From positions 24,118,001 through 24,182,000 of the forward strand of contig OZ024749.1 in assembly GCA_964016885.1 (NCBI GenBank): a stretch of DNA of 64,000 bases, written 5' to 3'. The notes beneath the pieces were generated by a model. It saw nothing but the letters and a program-made list of their open reading frames with translations. It made no database searches and was not told where the DNA came from. Numbering within the stretch: position 1 is the first letter of the stretch; each line of letters starts with the position of its first letter. Positions 27,780 through 41,205 of this stretch are shown piece after piece. This DNA is from Eledone cirrhosa (taxonomy: Eukaryota). Position numbers and translations under genes: made by a program.

Positions 27780-29330
27780 GTGTGTTGTTGTGGTGGTGTG
27801 CTGGTGTGGTGGTGTGTTGTAATGTGTTGTGTGTTGTTGTAGTGCTGTGCTGGTGTGCTGATGTGGTGTGTTGTGTGTTGTTGAAGTGGTGTGCTGGTGT
27901 GTTCTAATGTGTTGTTTGTTGGCGTGGTGGTGTGCTGGTGTACGGAGATGTGTGATGATGTGTTGTAGTATGTTATGTGTAGGTGTTGTGGTGTGCTGGT
28001 GTACTGACGAGTGTGGAGTTGTGTTATAGTGTGTTGTGTGGTGTTGTTGTGGTGTGCTGGTGTACTGACGGGTGTGGAGGTGTGTTATAGTGTGTTGTAT
28101 GGTGTTGTGGGGGTGTACTGGTGACGGGTGTTGTGATGTGGTGTACTGTGGCGGGTGTGGAGGTGTGTTATAGTGCGTTGTGTTGTGTTGTGATGGTGTG
28201 CTGGTGTACTGGTGGGTCTGGTGATGTGTTGAGTGCTTTGTGGCATGTTGTGGTGGTACGCTGGTGTCCTGGCGAGTATTGTGGTGTGTTGGTGTGGTGG
28301 TGTGTTGTAGTGTGTTGTGTGCTTGTGTAATGACGGGTGGGGTGGTGTGATAGTGTGGTGATGTGGTGAGGTGCGTTGTGGTGTGTTGTAGTGGGTGCGC
28401 TGGTGTGCTAAGGGTTGTAGTGTTGTGTTGTATCGTGTTCTGGCGTATTGTGGTGATGTACTGACGGGTGTGCTAGAATCTTGTACTGTATTTTGGCGAA
28501 TCCTGGTGGTGTGCTGGTGTACTGACGAGTGTGGTGATATGCTGAGATGGGTTGTGGTGTGCTGTGACGTTGTCCTGGCATGTTGACTGGTATTGTGGTA
28601 TCTTGTGGTGTTATGCTGCATGGTGCTGTGTTGTATTGTTATGTGGTGCGGTGTGTTATAATGTGTTGTGGTGTGTTGTGGTGGTGTGTTGGTGTACTGA
28701 GATGTGTTGCATTGTGTTGCCTTGTGTCGGCTTGTGTCTTATGGGGCTGTGTTGGGGTGTGGGGTTGTACTGTGGTATTGTGATGTCTTATAATGAGCTA
28801 TGGCATATTGTGGTATGGCAGGGTATTGTCTGCTGGTGTGTTGTGATGTGATATGGAGAATATATCACCAATAGTATTAGTGTCACTGCTACTGGTGGTG
28901 GTGGTGGTGGTCATTGTAATGTATTGGAGTGGTGATGGTGATGATGATTATTATGATGGTGGTGGTGGTGGGTTTTATGATGGTATTGGGGAGGGGTGTG
29001 ATGGTGATTTTGAAGATGGTGACGAGGACGATGTTGGTGTTGACGACGATAATGATAATGATGACGATGATGAAAATGATGACGATGATGATCATGACGA
29101 TAATGATGTGTTGATAACGACGATGCCACTGCAGCAGCTAATGGTTATGTTGATGATGATGACGATGTTGATGACGATGATGATGATGATAATGATGAGT
29201 ATTATGCTGATGATGAAGTTAATGATGATGATGATGACTACGAAGATGTTGCTAACAATGATAGCTGTGATGGTTATAGTGGTGATAACGATGACCATGA
29301 TAATGATGATGATAATGATGTTGATGACAG
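27780..29330. repeat. GT-rich low-complexity repeat followed by a degenerate (GAT)n repeat
   Basis: Recurrent gtgttgtggtgtgctggtgtactg motifs, then GAT/GGT triplets. Confidence 0.85.
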
Positions 29331-29464
29331 ATTCTGCAATTATTTAGTTTCATTACCAAAGCTGCATTTATTGTGTCCTTCGACAACTAGCATTATATGA
29401 AATCGGAAGTGTGGAGAATGACAGAGAGAGATGGAGGAGGCAGTGGTAAAGGAAGTGGTAGGGA

Positions 29465-29530
<66 letters not shown>

Positions 29531-29629
29531 GTAGGAGGTGAGTTTTATTGTAGTACAATAAAGCAATGCAGATATCGGATAAGAAGCACTCTACAGTTTA
29601 TAGGACTGGAGTATACATAATATATCAGA

Positions 29630-29805
29630 TCAAAAGATGGTTAAAAGAGTTCCATGTATTTTATTATGCGCATTTCAAAAACAAATATCATCATGCAATA
29701 ACATTTCTGTTTTCATCTGATGAAAACACAAATGTTATTGCATGATGATATTTGTTTTTGAAATGCGCATAATAAAATACATAGAACTCTTTTAACCATC
29801 TTTTG

Positions 29806-29806
<1 letters not shown>
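29630..29806. repeat. Fold-back inverted repeat of an HHR-bearing pLTR fragment
   Basis: ~88 bp arms centred on 29718. The + arm reads CTGATGA(29717)-aaacacaaat..atttgttttt-GAAA-tgcgca-TA-ataaaa. Same family as 51984. Confidence 0.85.
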
Positions 29807-29880
<74 letters not shown>

Positions 29881-29949
29881 AAAAAGAGATGAAATCGAAA
29901 ATGCAACTGGAGTCTTATTTTTTTTAAAAATATATATATTTATTTGGTT

Positions 29950-29987
29950 CCTTTACCGGTTTCGCAGTTCTTCTGCTTTTCAAAAGG
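29950..29987 (-). ncRNA. Minimal type I hammerhead, U3-A8 core variant, in the PLE 3' terminal repeat
   Basis: cctt-TTGAAAA-gcag-aagaa-ctgc-GAAA-ccgg-TA-aagg, with palindromic stem III accggt. Confidence 0.75.
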
Positions 29988-30224
29988 TGAGTTGAGATGG
30001 AGGGTCTGTCATTTGTTCTCACATCTGGTTGGTCTCTGAATGTTACTTGTTTTATATGGAAAAAGTGGCTCGAAATGCCAGGTTTTTCGAGAAGTAATTT
30101 GGTTTGTCAATAATTATAATAAATTCCGCGCCAGTTCGCGTTACAATAGTTCTTCAAATAAGAGGGGTGGGGGGTGGGGGGTTGTCACAGGTTGTTTTTT
30201 CATATATGAGTGTTAAAATTTATT

Positions 30225-30830
30225 TTTACTTGAAAAAAGGAGGCTCACGAAGGCTTTTTTTTGGTTGGTTATAAATGAAATTATGGCTGCCACGTGAACA
30301 AGTTTTCATTAAATTTTTGTGCCCTTATTTGGAAATCCATTCTGTAGCCTTTTTAGAGAATTTTTTGATAAGTGAAAGATAATGGTCAAGAGAAAGGGAT
30401 GGGAGAATTGTTCTGGTTCAGTGAATATGGTTAGTTCGCTGGGGTGTCAGAATTCAGATTTTCTATTGAATAAAGAAAGTAAAGATATGTATGTTTGTTT
30501 GTGTGATTGTGTGTGTGTGCGTGTGTGTGTGTGTTGTGTGTGTGTGTGTTTGAATTTCTTTGCTTTAAAAAAGGTGGCTCACGAAGGCTTTTTTTTTAAT
30601 AAACGTGATTTGATTGGTTATAAATGAAATTTGGCTGTCACGTGAACACGTTTTCATTACATTTTTGCGCCTTTATTTGGAAAACTATTCTGTAGCCTTT
30701 ATAGCGAATGTTATGACAATGGAAAGATAGTGGTCAAGAGAAATGGGATTGGGAGAATTGTTCTGGTTCAGTGAATATGGTTAGTTCGCTGGGATGTCAG
30801 AGTTCAGATTTTCTATTGAAGTGAAGATAT
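30225..30830. repeat. Tandem duplication (~334 bp period) in the PLE 3' region
   Basis: ggctcacgaaggc occurs at 30242 and 30576, and the downstream sequences align. Confidence 0.85.
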
Positions 30831-31347
30831 GCATGTTTATTTGTGTGCTTGTGTGTGTGTATGTGTGTGTGTGTGTGTGTATGTGTGTATTGGAAGATGG
30901 TTCTATTAGTAGAAATTGGCGAGGGAGTTGTGTGTGTATGTGTTGTTATGTGTGTGTGTGCGAGTATGTTAAGATGGAGAGAATATATATTTTGTGTGTG
31001 TATATATATGTGTGTAGGAAAGTGGTTCTATTAGTAGAAATGGGGAGGGAGTTGTGGGTGTGGGGGTTGTTATGTATGGGTGTTATGTGTGTGGGAGTAT
31101 GGTTAGCATGTTAAGATGAAGAGATTATATATATATATATATTGTGTGTATGTGTGTGTGTAGGAAAGTGATTCCTTTAGTAGGAATATTTTTGAATGAA
31201 CATATTTTCCTTACTTATTCGTATTTGCTGTTGTATTGTCAGTGCAAACGTATGTTAAGGTTTATTTAGTTCGGGTTTTTATTTTCTAAAGTAGAAGGTG
31301 TTATGTGTGTGTGTGTATGTCATATTATGGTGTTGACATAATGTATA

Positions 31348-32928
31348 TTAAACCATATTTAATGTTGGTCTATATTTTTGAATAAACATATTTTCCTTAT
31401 TTATTCGCATTTGTTCTGTTGTATTGTTAGCGCAAAGGTAAAATGGGAAGACTTGGAATTTGGGTGTCTTATTACTTGCGCAAATGTCTAGATATGCACT
31501 TAGTGGTATCTGTCTCGTGGTTGGATCTCGTAATTGTTGGCGATGAACTGTCATTCTGTTTCTGAGTGTGAGTTTAGTTTGTCCTATATAATCTTCATTG
31601 CATCCTTTACATTTAATGGCATAAAGTAGATTTTTTGATGAGCAAGTGAAATGATTTTTTACAGTAAAATTTTGTCCTGATTTAAATGTATACGTGTTGC
31701 CTTCAATGAGGTGAGTGAAGGTTCCACAATTAGAGCGACCACATTTTTTGATACTTGGTTGTGGGTTTGTGGTAGGTAATTTGGCATTGGTGAGTAATGT
31801 TTTCAGTGATTTTGGTTTTCTTTTGCTTTTGATTATTTTGTGTGTTTCAAAGGCTTTTTTCATTCTTGGGTTTTGTTTTAGTAGTGGGATGTTATTGTGA
31901 ATAGTGTTGTAAGCTTCCGCATTTCTTGGGTTGTGTATTGAGATATATGATAGAATATTGGACGTACCTTGAATTTGTTTCTGTTTCCGTAATTCATCAA
32001 TGCCTATTGCTTTAGCCCTTTCTATTCCATTATTTATTAGTGATAGTGGGTACTCTCTCTCGAGTAGAATTTCCTTTAATTCTTGAAGTCTTTTATTTCG
32101 CGTTTCATAATTGGAGACAATTGTGCAAATTCTTCTTGCTAGGTTAAAAGGAATGTTCGTCTTCGTGTGCTTTGGATGGTTGGAGGTGAATAGCAGATAT
32201 TGTTTGGAATCTGTTGGTTTGTAGTGTATGTCAGTTTCGATATTTGTGTCTTTTTTTAAGATTAAGATGTCCAGAAATGGGAGTTGATCTTGGCTGTATT
32301 CCATTGTGAATTGGATGTGGTTATTGATGCCGTTTATTAAGTTTTTGAAATCCTTCAGTTGGTCGAGTGTGTGGGACCAAAGAATTAGGCAATCATCCAA
32401 GTAGCGTTTCCAATTCTCTGATAAATATTTGTGGAAATTCAATCCGTATTTTGATTTGGACTGTTCATATATCTGGACTTCTAAGTATGCCATGACTAAG
32501 TTGGCATAAGTTGGAGCGGCTTTTGTACCCATCGCAGTCCCCGATATTTGCTTGTAAGTATTGCCATCGAAATCAAAAAAGTTGTTCTGTAGGATGAATT
32601 TTAATCCCTCGGTGATGAAGCTTTTTTCTATTCTGTCAGGTATCTCATTGGGATATTTCTCTAGCCAGAATCCTATTGCTTCTAGTCCGTATTGGTGTGG
32701 GATCGTTGTGTAGAGATTCACTACATCGAAAGACACAATAATAGTGTCGTTGTTGACATGTTTGGGGAGGTGGTTTAAGAGGTCCAAATCGTCTCTTACA
32801 AGGCTTGGTATGTGTTTCAGTATTGGTTTCAGTAGTATGTCTATAAAGTTGCTCAATCTGTGTGTTTCACATTGTGGGCCCGCTACAATTGGTCTTAATT
32901 TAAGGTCTGTGGGGTATTGTGTGTTCAC
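31348..32928 (-). pseudogene. PLE reverse transcriptase-GIY-YIG open segment (526 aa); upstream part frameshifted
   Basis: RT motifs with YLDD and the GIY-YIG motif lie in one open frame. The N-terminal part of the ORF is in other frames (33047-34170). Confidence 0.9.
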
Positions 32929-34259
32929 GCAGGCTGAGGTGGATTGTTTACAGGCATCGTTGATTATTTTACACTTGTGGATCTTCGGAAGTCCGTAAAG
33001 GTTGCTGGTTTTGTATTCAAAATTTGTTAAATAATCGCGTTCCTTTTTAGTTAGGTCTTCCTGGTATCGATAAATCAGTGTTTAATTTGGTCATTATTTT
33101 TGATTGCTGGTAGCTTTTTACTCTTTCATAGTAATTAGTATTTTGTAAGAGAGAGAACATAGAATTTTTATATTTTTCAGCCTCCATAATGACAACAGTA
33201 CTTCCCTTGTCCGCTTCCTTAATTATAATGTCCGTATTGTTTTTTAGTTCATGGATAATCTCCCATTCCCTTCGACTCGTGTTGGGTTTGGGTTTAGGTT
33301 GCGGTAGTTCATGGTATGGGAAGGTAGCTATGTGGTCAGAAAATTTGTCCAGAACTCTGTTTCTACCTTTTGTTGGGTTGTAGCTGCTTTTATTCCGTAC
33401 AATTGATTCGTCGTTATTCATCTTGTCAAAGAATTCCTCTGTGAGACGTAATTTTCTACAGAAGTGTGAGATATCGTCATTTATCTCGTTGGGGTTAGGG
33501 TATTGTGGTGTTGGTGGGAATTTCAGACCTTTGGAGAGAATTTTTACTTGTTGGGCTGAGAGGTTTGTATTTGAAATGTTAATTATTTTCGGTTTTTCAA
33601 AATCGGTTTGTGCCACCGGGTGTCGTGAGTCCTGTAGCCTTGGTCAAAAAAATGATTTTTCTGGAATGTTTTTTCAATGGTATTATTATATCTAATGGTA
33701 TTTCCCCTGTTGTTGTGTGGTCTTGTATAGAAGTTTCGGACGTATTGAGGTTCGGTTTGTTGATAGTCCTGGTTGTAGATTTTGTTCCTTTGTGTGGGTT
33801 GGGATCTACGGTTTTGGAACAGGCTCTGTGTGGGCAGGGGTCTACGGATTTGGAATAGGTTTTGTGTGGGTTGTGATCTGCGGATCAGGTCCTGCCTTGT
33901 GTTCGGAGATCTTTGGTTTTTGTTAGTAGGGTTATAGTTTTGTCTATGGTTTCTGGGATTATCGTTATAGTTTTGCTGGCGGTATGTTGGACGTTTTGTT
34001 ACTTTTTTTGTTATTTGTTGTGCATGTGGTGTGTGAGTTTTAGTTTGTTTTAAAAATGGGTTACCTGTATGTTGTTCATTTTTGAAGTCCATTTCGTAGT
34101 TGTTGAACCAGGAGGCGTTTTTTTCCCATCGCTGGAGGGATGTTAGTTCTTCATCCTCACAGTTTTCTTTATATATATATGAGGGGCGAAGGGTCCGTGC
34201 ATGCAACGCAAGCAGTGCATGCGTTATAGAATCTTGAGTTGATCAATCGCGTCGGTTGA

Positions 34260-34339
34260 AGCAAGCAGAATTTTGGCTGCTTACTAGAACGTATAGACAC
34301 AACAAAGATAACACACACACACACACACACGCACGCGCA

Positions 34340-34401
<62 letters not shown>

Positions 34402-34560
34402 TGACAGCTTTGGGGCAAGCAGAATTTTGACTGCTTACTAAATCGTAGACACATGAAAATATAATACACATACACACAAAAACACGACAGCTTTGGGGCA
34501 AGCAGAATTTTGACTGCTTACTAAATCGTAGACACATAAAAAGACAACACACACACACAC
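34260..34560. repeat. Three-copy minisatellite around a (CA)n tract
   Basis: aagcagaatttt(g/a)ctgcttacta..cgtagacaca at ~34263, ~34417 and ~34500. Confidence 0.8.
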
Positions 34561-34706
34561 TAGATAACACTACATGCGGCTTTGACCGTGAGGGTCATTT
34601 AGATGGAATTGGGGGGGGGGGTAGGTAAGGCCGCACAGCCCCACTTTCCGCCATGGCGATTGGACTGCATGCCCTGCTTTCCAGGTTACCCTTCGCGACT
34701 GATATA

Positions 34707-34738
<32 letters not shown>

Positions 34739-34879
34739 CATATATGTATATATGCATGTGTATACGTATATGTATATATGCATGTGTATAGTATATGTAT
34801 ATATGTATGTGTATACGTATATGTATATATGTATGTGTATACGTATATGACGTATATGTATGTATATATATATATATAG

Positions 34880-35678
34880 AATGGAAAACGAAAAATCAGT
34901 GATGCACCGGAACTCAATGTATTGTGTGTTACAATTGTTTCCCCGGCGAACATCTCGAGGTGCGATCCATGTGTGGATCGACCTGACTCTACACTCGCAG
35001 GTTCCTCGGAAACGTCTATTGATTTCGGAGCATGTCCTCTATATGGGGTTCCTGACCCTACAGTTCTGTATCGTCCACCTTCATCCGCTTTGTGTGTCCT
35101 TGGTCATTGGTTAGTGACGTCATCATTGTTCTGACCACTGGAAGCAGCCCGGTCACTGTCAGAGCGTGAGCTGTGACTCACCCACTTGTCCCGTCGGCAA
35201 AAATACTGCTGTTTGTCAGCTCCCACTTCCACTCGCACACACAGACACAGAGATACTGACAAATACATACAGAGTCGCTTGTGTGCCTACGTTCACACAT
35301 GCACGCCCAGAATCATACACACATATTCATGTGTACAGACACAAATATACGCATACATGCACACAGAGAGTCACACACACACACACGCGCGCGTGTATAT
35401 ATACGCACGCATATACACACACACACACACATATACACGCACCCGTATAAATACATGCACACACGGACGCATTCGTACATATACAATACACATACACGCA
35501 CATATATATATATACATACATACACATACATACACACATATATATGCCTACATACACACATACATACATATACATACACACATATATATATATATATATA
35601 CACACACCTACCCACATGCCCACACCCATGTATATACACATACGTCTACACTATCTATACATATACATACACACACAC

Positions 35679-35726
<48 letters not shown>

Positions 35727-36975
35727 ATACCTTTATATATCTTTTTCCCCTACACGTGTGCATACACACACACAGAGACTCGCACACATATTCTCACACA
35801 TATGTATATATGTATATACACACATCTACACACACATAAAAAGAAATATGCAAAATACACGTAAGAAAAGCATATAAAGATCCACATTGGGTTGTACATG
35901 TAAAAATGCACCTTGTACATGCTGACAGAGTTGATATTATGTTGCCAACGTTGATTAATCCACGTATAGACACCTCAAGCAAGGTTACATATGGGGAGTT
36001 CATGGTATTAATGTAAAGGGTATGCCCAGACTGTATATAGAAAATGCATGCAGGATATATAAAAGAAAGTGTATGCAGAATATATTAAAAAAAATATACA
36101 TACATCTGAATTATATAAGAAAAGTATAGAACAATGCACATTGGTTTGTACATGGAAAAGTACAGGGGGTGTTAGTTAATGTAGTGCGTGGAGAACATGC
36201 ACACACCGCCGAAAAGATACACATGCAGGGAGTGCGTGAATCGGCCATACCATATAAAAAAATAAATATATCTGAATTATATAAGAAAAGTATACAACGA
36301 CAGACATTGGTTTGTACATGGAAAAGTACAGGGGGTGTTAGTTAATGTAGTGCGTGGAGAACATGCACACACCGCCGAAAAGATACACATGCAGGGAGTG
36401 CGTGAACAGGCCATAATGGAGCATGTCACTGTGGGTGAGATGGGGTGCTTTATTGATGTATGGTACGGGACTGAATATCCGTGGAAATTGAGTCAACGTG
36501 TCTCAGCTCATGCGATGCTGTGCCCAGGATGACGTGCCGAGTCCGATAGGCAGCATAGGTTGCGTCCACTTACCCAACAGGGCATACATACTCAACAAGG
36601 TATGATGTCTGATCCCTTGGACCCGCGCCGCCGCTCAGAACGGCGTCCGCCTCCCTGCATGCCTTTAGCTTGAGCTGTCCGGTTGCGTCCACGCGGAGAA
36701 TGTGCACCTTCTCTGGTGTCTGCACGTCATGATAATCTCCGATTTCAGGTTGACCGCATCATCTTTCAATCTGACTATCTCCATGGCCTCGGATAGGCAT
36801 AGCCTACACTTCCTGATTCCAGCCGAATATGCATTTGCATGTTGAACGATACTCCTGTTGAGATCATACGGGGTGCCGTTGTCTTTCAAGTTCAATATTA
36901 GGTCCGCCAGCCTAGTGGAGTGTCTCTTGCTCCGGTCCTTGAAAGAGTTTGTGTGATTATACATCCTCGATTGCA
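34880..36975 (-). mobile_element. PLE 3' remnant: GIY-YIG C-terminus (36665-36975), long 3' region and degenerate HHR (~34926-35013)
   Basis: Protein RMYNHTNSF..HSTRLADLILNLK..RSIV..YSAGIRKCRLCLSE..CRH is similar to the 11.8 kb remnant. The minus strand has CCGAGGA...GAAA-caattg-TA-acac. There is an internal 166 bp tandem duplication at 36105-36415. Continuity across the microsatellites is inferred. Confidence 0.6.
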
Positions 36976-38141
36976 TATTTGGCTGGAAACAGGGGTGGGT
37001 GAGAACAAGAGAGAAAGGAAGAAGGCAGAAAATAGAGAGAAAATTAGAGAAAGATGTATTTCCCTTGGCAGTTTTCGCAAACATTTCAACCCGAAAGTAA
37101 TTGCGTTTCAGCGCGTGTTTCTATTTGTATTGCTTAATGCATGCGTGTGTGTTTATATAAATATGTGTGTGTGGCGTTGCTAGACATGTGTGTAAATGTG
37201 TGTGTATCGTGTCGTTTTACATGTGTCTGTTTACATATCTATATGTGTGTGTCTGCGTATAAATGTGTTTGCATGGTGTTGCTCTACATGTGTGGGTGTT
37301 TTTTTTTTACATAAGATTTATAATGTAGTTTGTATATAGCCATGTGTTTATTTGTATGTGTATGGATTGTCTTAAATGTGGGTGCTTATCGCATCGTGTT
37401 ACATGTGTGTGTATTATGTTGTGCTAATTGTGTATCTGCTTGTACACCAGAGTATATTTGTTGTTTCCTATGATATACTATGTATGGCTATGTGTGAATA
37501 TTAGTGTGTATATGTGTGTGTGGGTGTGGGTGTATAGGTATAAAATATATGACATGAACGCACACCTCATTTCTCATAACATGTGGAGCAATCAATAACA
37601 ACTACGCCAGGAAATACCTGTAGGATAAAACGGAAGCGAATCCACTGATTCTCCACTTCCAGTTTCAGTTCTTACCATACATTACTACTTACACTCCGTT
37701 CTACATTCCAACGAAAGATAACGATCCGAAACGTCAGTTTTGTCATTTTCCCTCAATAAATATTTTCTAGACAACTGTATTTCATTAGTTTTTCCTTTCT
37801 TTATTTCTCCTATTCGTTTTACATCTCCCTCTTCCCTTCTTTATCACTTTCTCTTTCTCTCTTTCTCAGTTTTTGTGATAAACCTTCCTATGGATTTAGC
37901 ACTAATTTACTAAGATTGACGACATCAGAATCTTTTAGTCTTTCCAGATAAATCCTCTCGAACAGGTCTTGTATTCTTAACATGGGTAATACAATTATTT
38001 TCAGATTCGATTTTATGTTACCAATTTATCACCGCTTACAACATTTAAGATAATTTACTTCTCAGATAAGTAAATAATTCTACACAGTTTAGACGTGTGC
38101 TGGATACTGTTTTTTTATAATTCCATTTCGATATAAGCTTG

Positions 38142-38495
38142 TGTTGTGCGAGAGTACGACGCCCCACTGGTGAGAATGGGCTGGACCACTACATATAAAT
38201 AGTAGCGGCCTGAATAAGTGGGGAAGTTGGTACGAGTTCCACAGTTCGTGTGTTGATAGTCGAAGATGGAGTTCGAGTTAGTGTGTCGGATTATTGGTTC
38301 TTAAAAGATTGTTGTTCCGTTATGTGTGGTTATTGTCGTTTGGTTTGATTATATTATTATTACACTGTTGCAGTGTATTCGTTTATCTATAAGGACATAA
38401 CAGCTGTGTATTTCGTTTTGTCTGAATTAACATAGTGAACATTACCTTTGGCTGAATCTTCAAGACTATGGAGAGGGTTTCTGGTTGGTATCACA
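38142..38495 (+). mobile_element. Possible solo LTR
   Basis: TGT...ACA ends, internal TATAAATA and LTR-like composition; no matching target-site duplication found. Confidence 0.3.
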
Positions 38496-38934
38496 CGTCA
38501 TGAAAGGGCGTAGAGGTAGACACTTAGGCCATTGCTGGAGAGTTAAAGACGAATTTGTTAGTGTACAGTTTCTCTTGTGGTTGCCTACACAAAGAAAAGT
38601 TATTTGACGCCAAGCCAAAACATAAATTGCAATTCCTCGGATATGTCGAATACGATGTACAATATAATTAGTTAACGACAGAGTACCAAGGGAATCTGTG
38701 TAAGTAGTTTCTTTTATGGGAGACTACACAACGAAAAGCTAGAAGAGTACATCAAGCCGCCAAAACCTATATCAAACAAATTTGTGAGGATATAAAAAGC
38801 ATCACCCTGACCTGCCTAATATGATGAACAATTGGATGGCAACGGAGAGTCAAGGGAATCTATACCAACACTGCAACATTGATTAACCATATTTTTAATA
38901 TATTTCTTTTTGTATTATTTGCACGGAAAGGAAG

Positions 38935-39122
38935 GTGGATTGACAGTATTGGTAGGGGTCGGACGCCATGCTTTGCAGCATAGAGTTGCGGCCCGTTATG
39001 ATCTGAGTTCAAATCCCACCGAGGTTAACTTTGCTTTTCATCCTTACGGGGTCGATAAAATAAAGTACCAGTGATAACTGGGATAATTGCTGGCCTTGTG
39101 CCAAAAGTAGAAACAATTATTT
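38935..39122 (+). mobile_element. Full-length tRNA-derived SINE
   Basis: gtggattgacagtattggtag (A-box-like)..gagttcaaatccc (B-box)..gtcgataaaataaagtaccagt..gtgccaaaagtagaaacaattatt. Confidence 0.85.
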
Positions 39123-39587
39123 CCACTGGAAAGCTGTTCAGCTGATCGAACAATTGCAAGACTCATCGACGAAACCGACGTAGGTCCATTACATTATCTG
39201 TGGTGTTTATTTGTTTATCCACGATGAATCGTATAAATCATATTAAGCTGGTTTACCGAAAAGAAAAGATAAAAAGCTGTTTACGCCAAACATATTTGAA
39301 ATACATTGAAGATTTAATACTTATGAGAGAGAAAGAAAGATATTGCTGAGATAAACGAAATCTTAATCTTATGTATTAATGGATTCCGATTTAAATGTTT
39401 ACTAAATATATCCAGTAAACAGGACATTAGACTTACCAGAAGACGCAAACCGATGTATAAGTAGCAATAAATCATATATATATATATGTGTGTGTGTATG
39501 TATGTATATATGTATATATGTATATATATAGATACATGTATATATACATGTATGTATATATGTATATATATATATATGTATATATAC

Positions 39588-39651
<64 letters not shown>

Positions 39652-39686
39652 ATATATATATAAATACACACACACACACTCACATA

Positions 39687-40413
39687 TCTCTATATATATA
39701 AAACTGAGAATGTCTGTCTGTGTGTGTGTGAATTTGAATCCCTAAAACTCGAGAACCACCAAACCGACTGTTTTCAAACTTTACACATGTAATACTTATG
39801 TTTCAGAGTGTGTTCTGAGCAAAAAACAGTTCAAATTTTCAATGCCCTAGGGACCGCATTAGGCGATTTAGCGGTCTCTCTCTATAATTCTTAGTCTTTC
39901 TCTTTTTAGATAGATACATACATATAACGTCGCGCCCTTATAATATCTGTCTGTATTACGTTACTTCCCTCTGGATGTATGTCTGTGTGGATGTCTGTGA
40001 GTTTGAATCCGTAAAACTCGAGAAGTACCCAACGGACTTTTTTAAAATTTGCATGTGTATTACTTATGTTTCAGGGAGTGAGCTTTTGATCTCCTAGGGC
40101 CGGCATTAGGTATAAAACTTTATTTTTTCAGCTTTTTAGGGCTTTTTGGAGGCGTAACGTCTAGCCGATTTTCCCAAAATTTCAAAGCTTATTATGCACA
40201 TAAAAAAAATTCATTTTCTTGATCCCCTACGGCTCACATTAGGTGAAAACCTGCATTTTTCCTGCTTCATCGAGGAAAATCTTAAAGATTATCCAGCCAT
40301 CAGCGTATTTTCTTTAAATATTGTCCAGGCATGCAGCTTTTCCACGATTAGATCTGTTGGTGGCCCGCGTTCCAAAATGCCTTATCTCGTGCAACGCCGG
40401 GTACCACTGCTAG
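39687..40413 (+). mobile_element. Non-autonomous Helitron
   Basis: 5' end a|TC-tctatatatataaaact..gtctgtctgt; 3' subterminal hairpin ctcgtgcaacgccggg and terminal CTAG|t; inserted at an A|T site with no TSD; internal duplication of gaatcc.taaaactcgagaa. Confidence 0.75.
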
Positions 40414-40477
<64 letters not shown>

Positions 40478-41017
40478 CACGGATCCTTCGTCGGTTTCTA
40501 CGGCAAAAATTGCCTCATTTTATTCTTCGACTGAAAATTCTGAGCCATGAATTAACATGTGAGTGAGTGAGTATTCCATAACCACGTGTATAATTAATGT
40601 AATTTTCTGCTAGAATCATGAAGATATATTAGCTGATAATATCGGTTATTTGAAGAGCAAATAAAATCCATTCAGTTCGTATAGTTTCCATCCATATGAG
40701 TTCTCTCACTTCACTTAGGTTCACTCAAAATTATGTAAAACATAAAAAAACGCTTGAACTAGATGCATTAATTTGCGCTTGAACACAGGACCTCGTGGTT
40801 GGTAACAGAAGTTCTTAAAAACGAACCTATGAACATTTGGGGTGGGTAAGAGATGACTTTTGTAAAAATGGGTATCGAATACACTATGTAAAATATTCCG
40901 ATTTTGCGTAATCTCTCCCCGAGTATTAATATGACATTTAACGAATAATATAGAAAGTAAAATGTTCGTTAAACTGGTAATCTCTCCTGTATGTTTCATA
41001 CTGACACACACAGACAA

Positions 41018-41092
<75 letters not shown>

Positions 41093-41127
41093 TATATATA
41101 CATACACACACATATATATATATATAT

Positions 41128-41202
<75 letters not shown>

Positions 41203-41205
<3 letters not shown>

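Larger units (their letters stand above)
29880..34170 (-). mobile_element. Penelope-like element (Neptune-type architecture): RT + C-terminal GIY-YIG, 3' pLTR with hammerhead, frameshifted
   Basis: ORFs 33583..34206, 33047..33616 (LSKGLKF, IKEADKGSTVV) and 31348..32928. The last contains LRPIV, SFDVVNLYT, GTAMG, RYLDD, FLD, a CGRSNC linker, and FTCSSKNLLYAIKC..YIGQT..R..H. The element ends in (TA)n. Confidence 0.95.

Noticed and set aside
31348-32928. Active autonomous element or telomerase-like host gene
   Set aside because: The motifs are PLE RT plus GIY-YIG, and the upstream coding region has frameshifts and is 5'-truncated by (TA)n, so this copy is probably inactive.
37705-37745. gat..atcc-GAAACGTC string resembling a minimal PLE hammerhead
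   Set aside because: The CUGANGA core is not recognisable (ccaacga) and stem I cannot be formed.
38935-39020. tRNA genes (also at 45377, 55063 and 60137)
   Set aside because: A and B boxes are present, but there is no cloverleaf and each continues into a SINE body.
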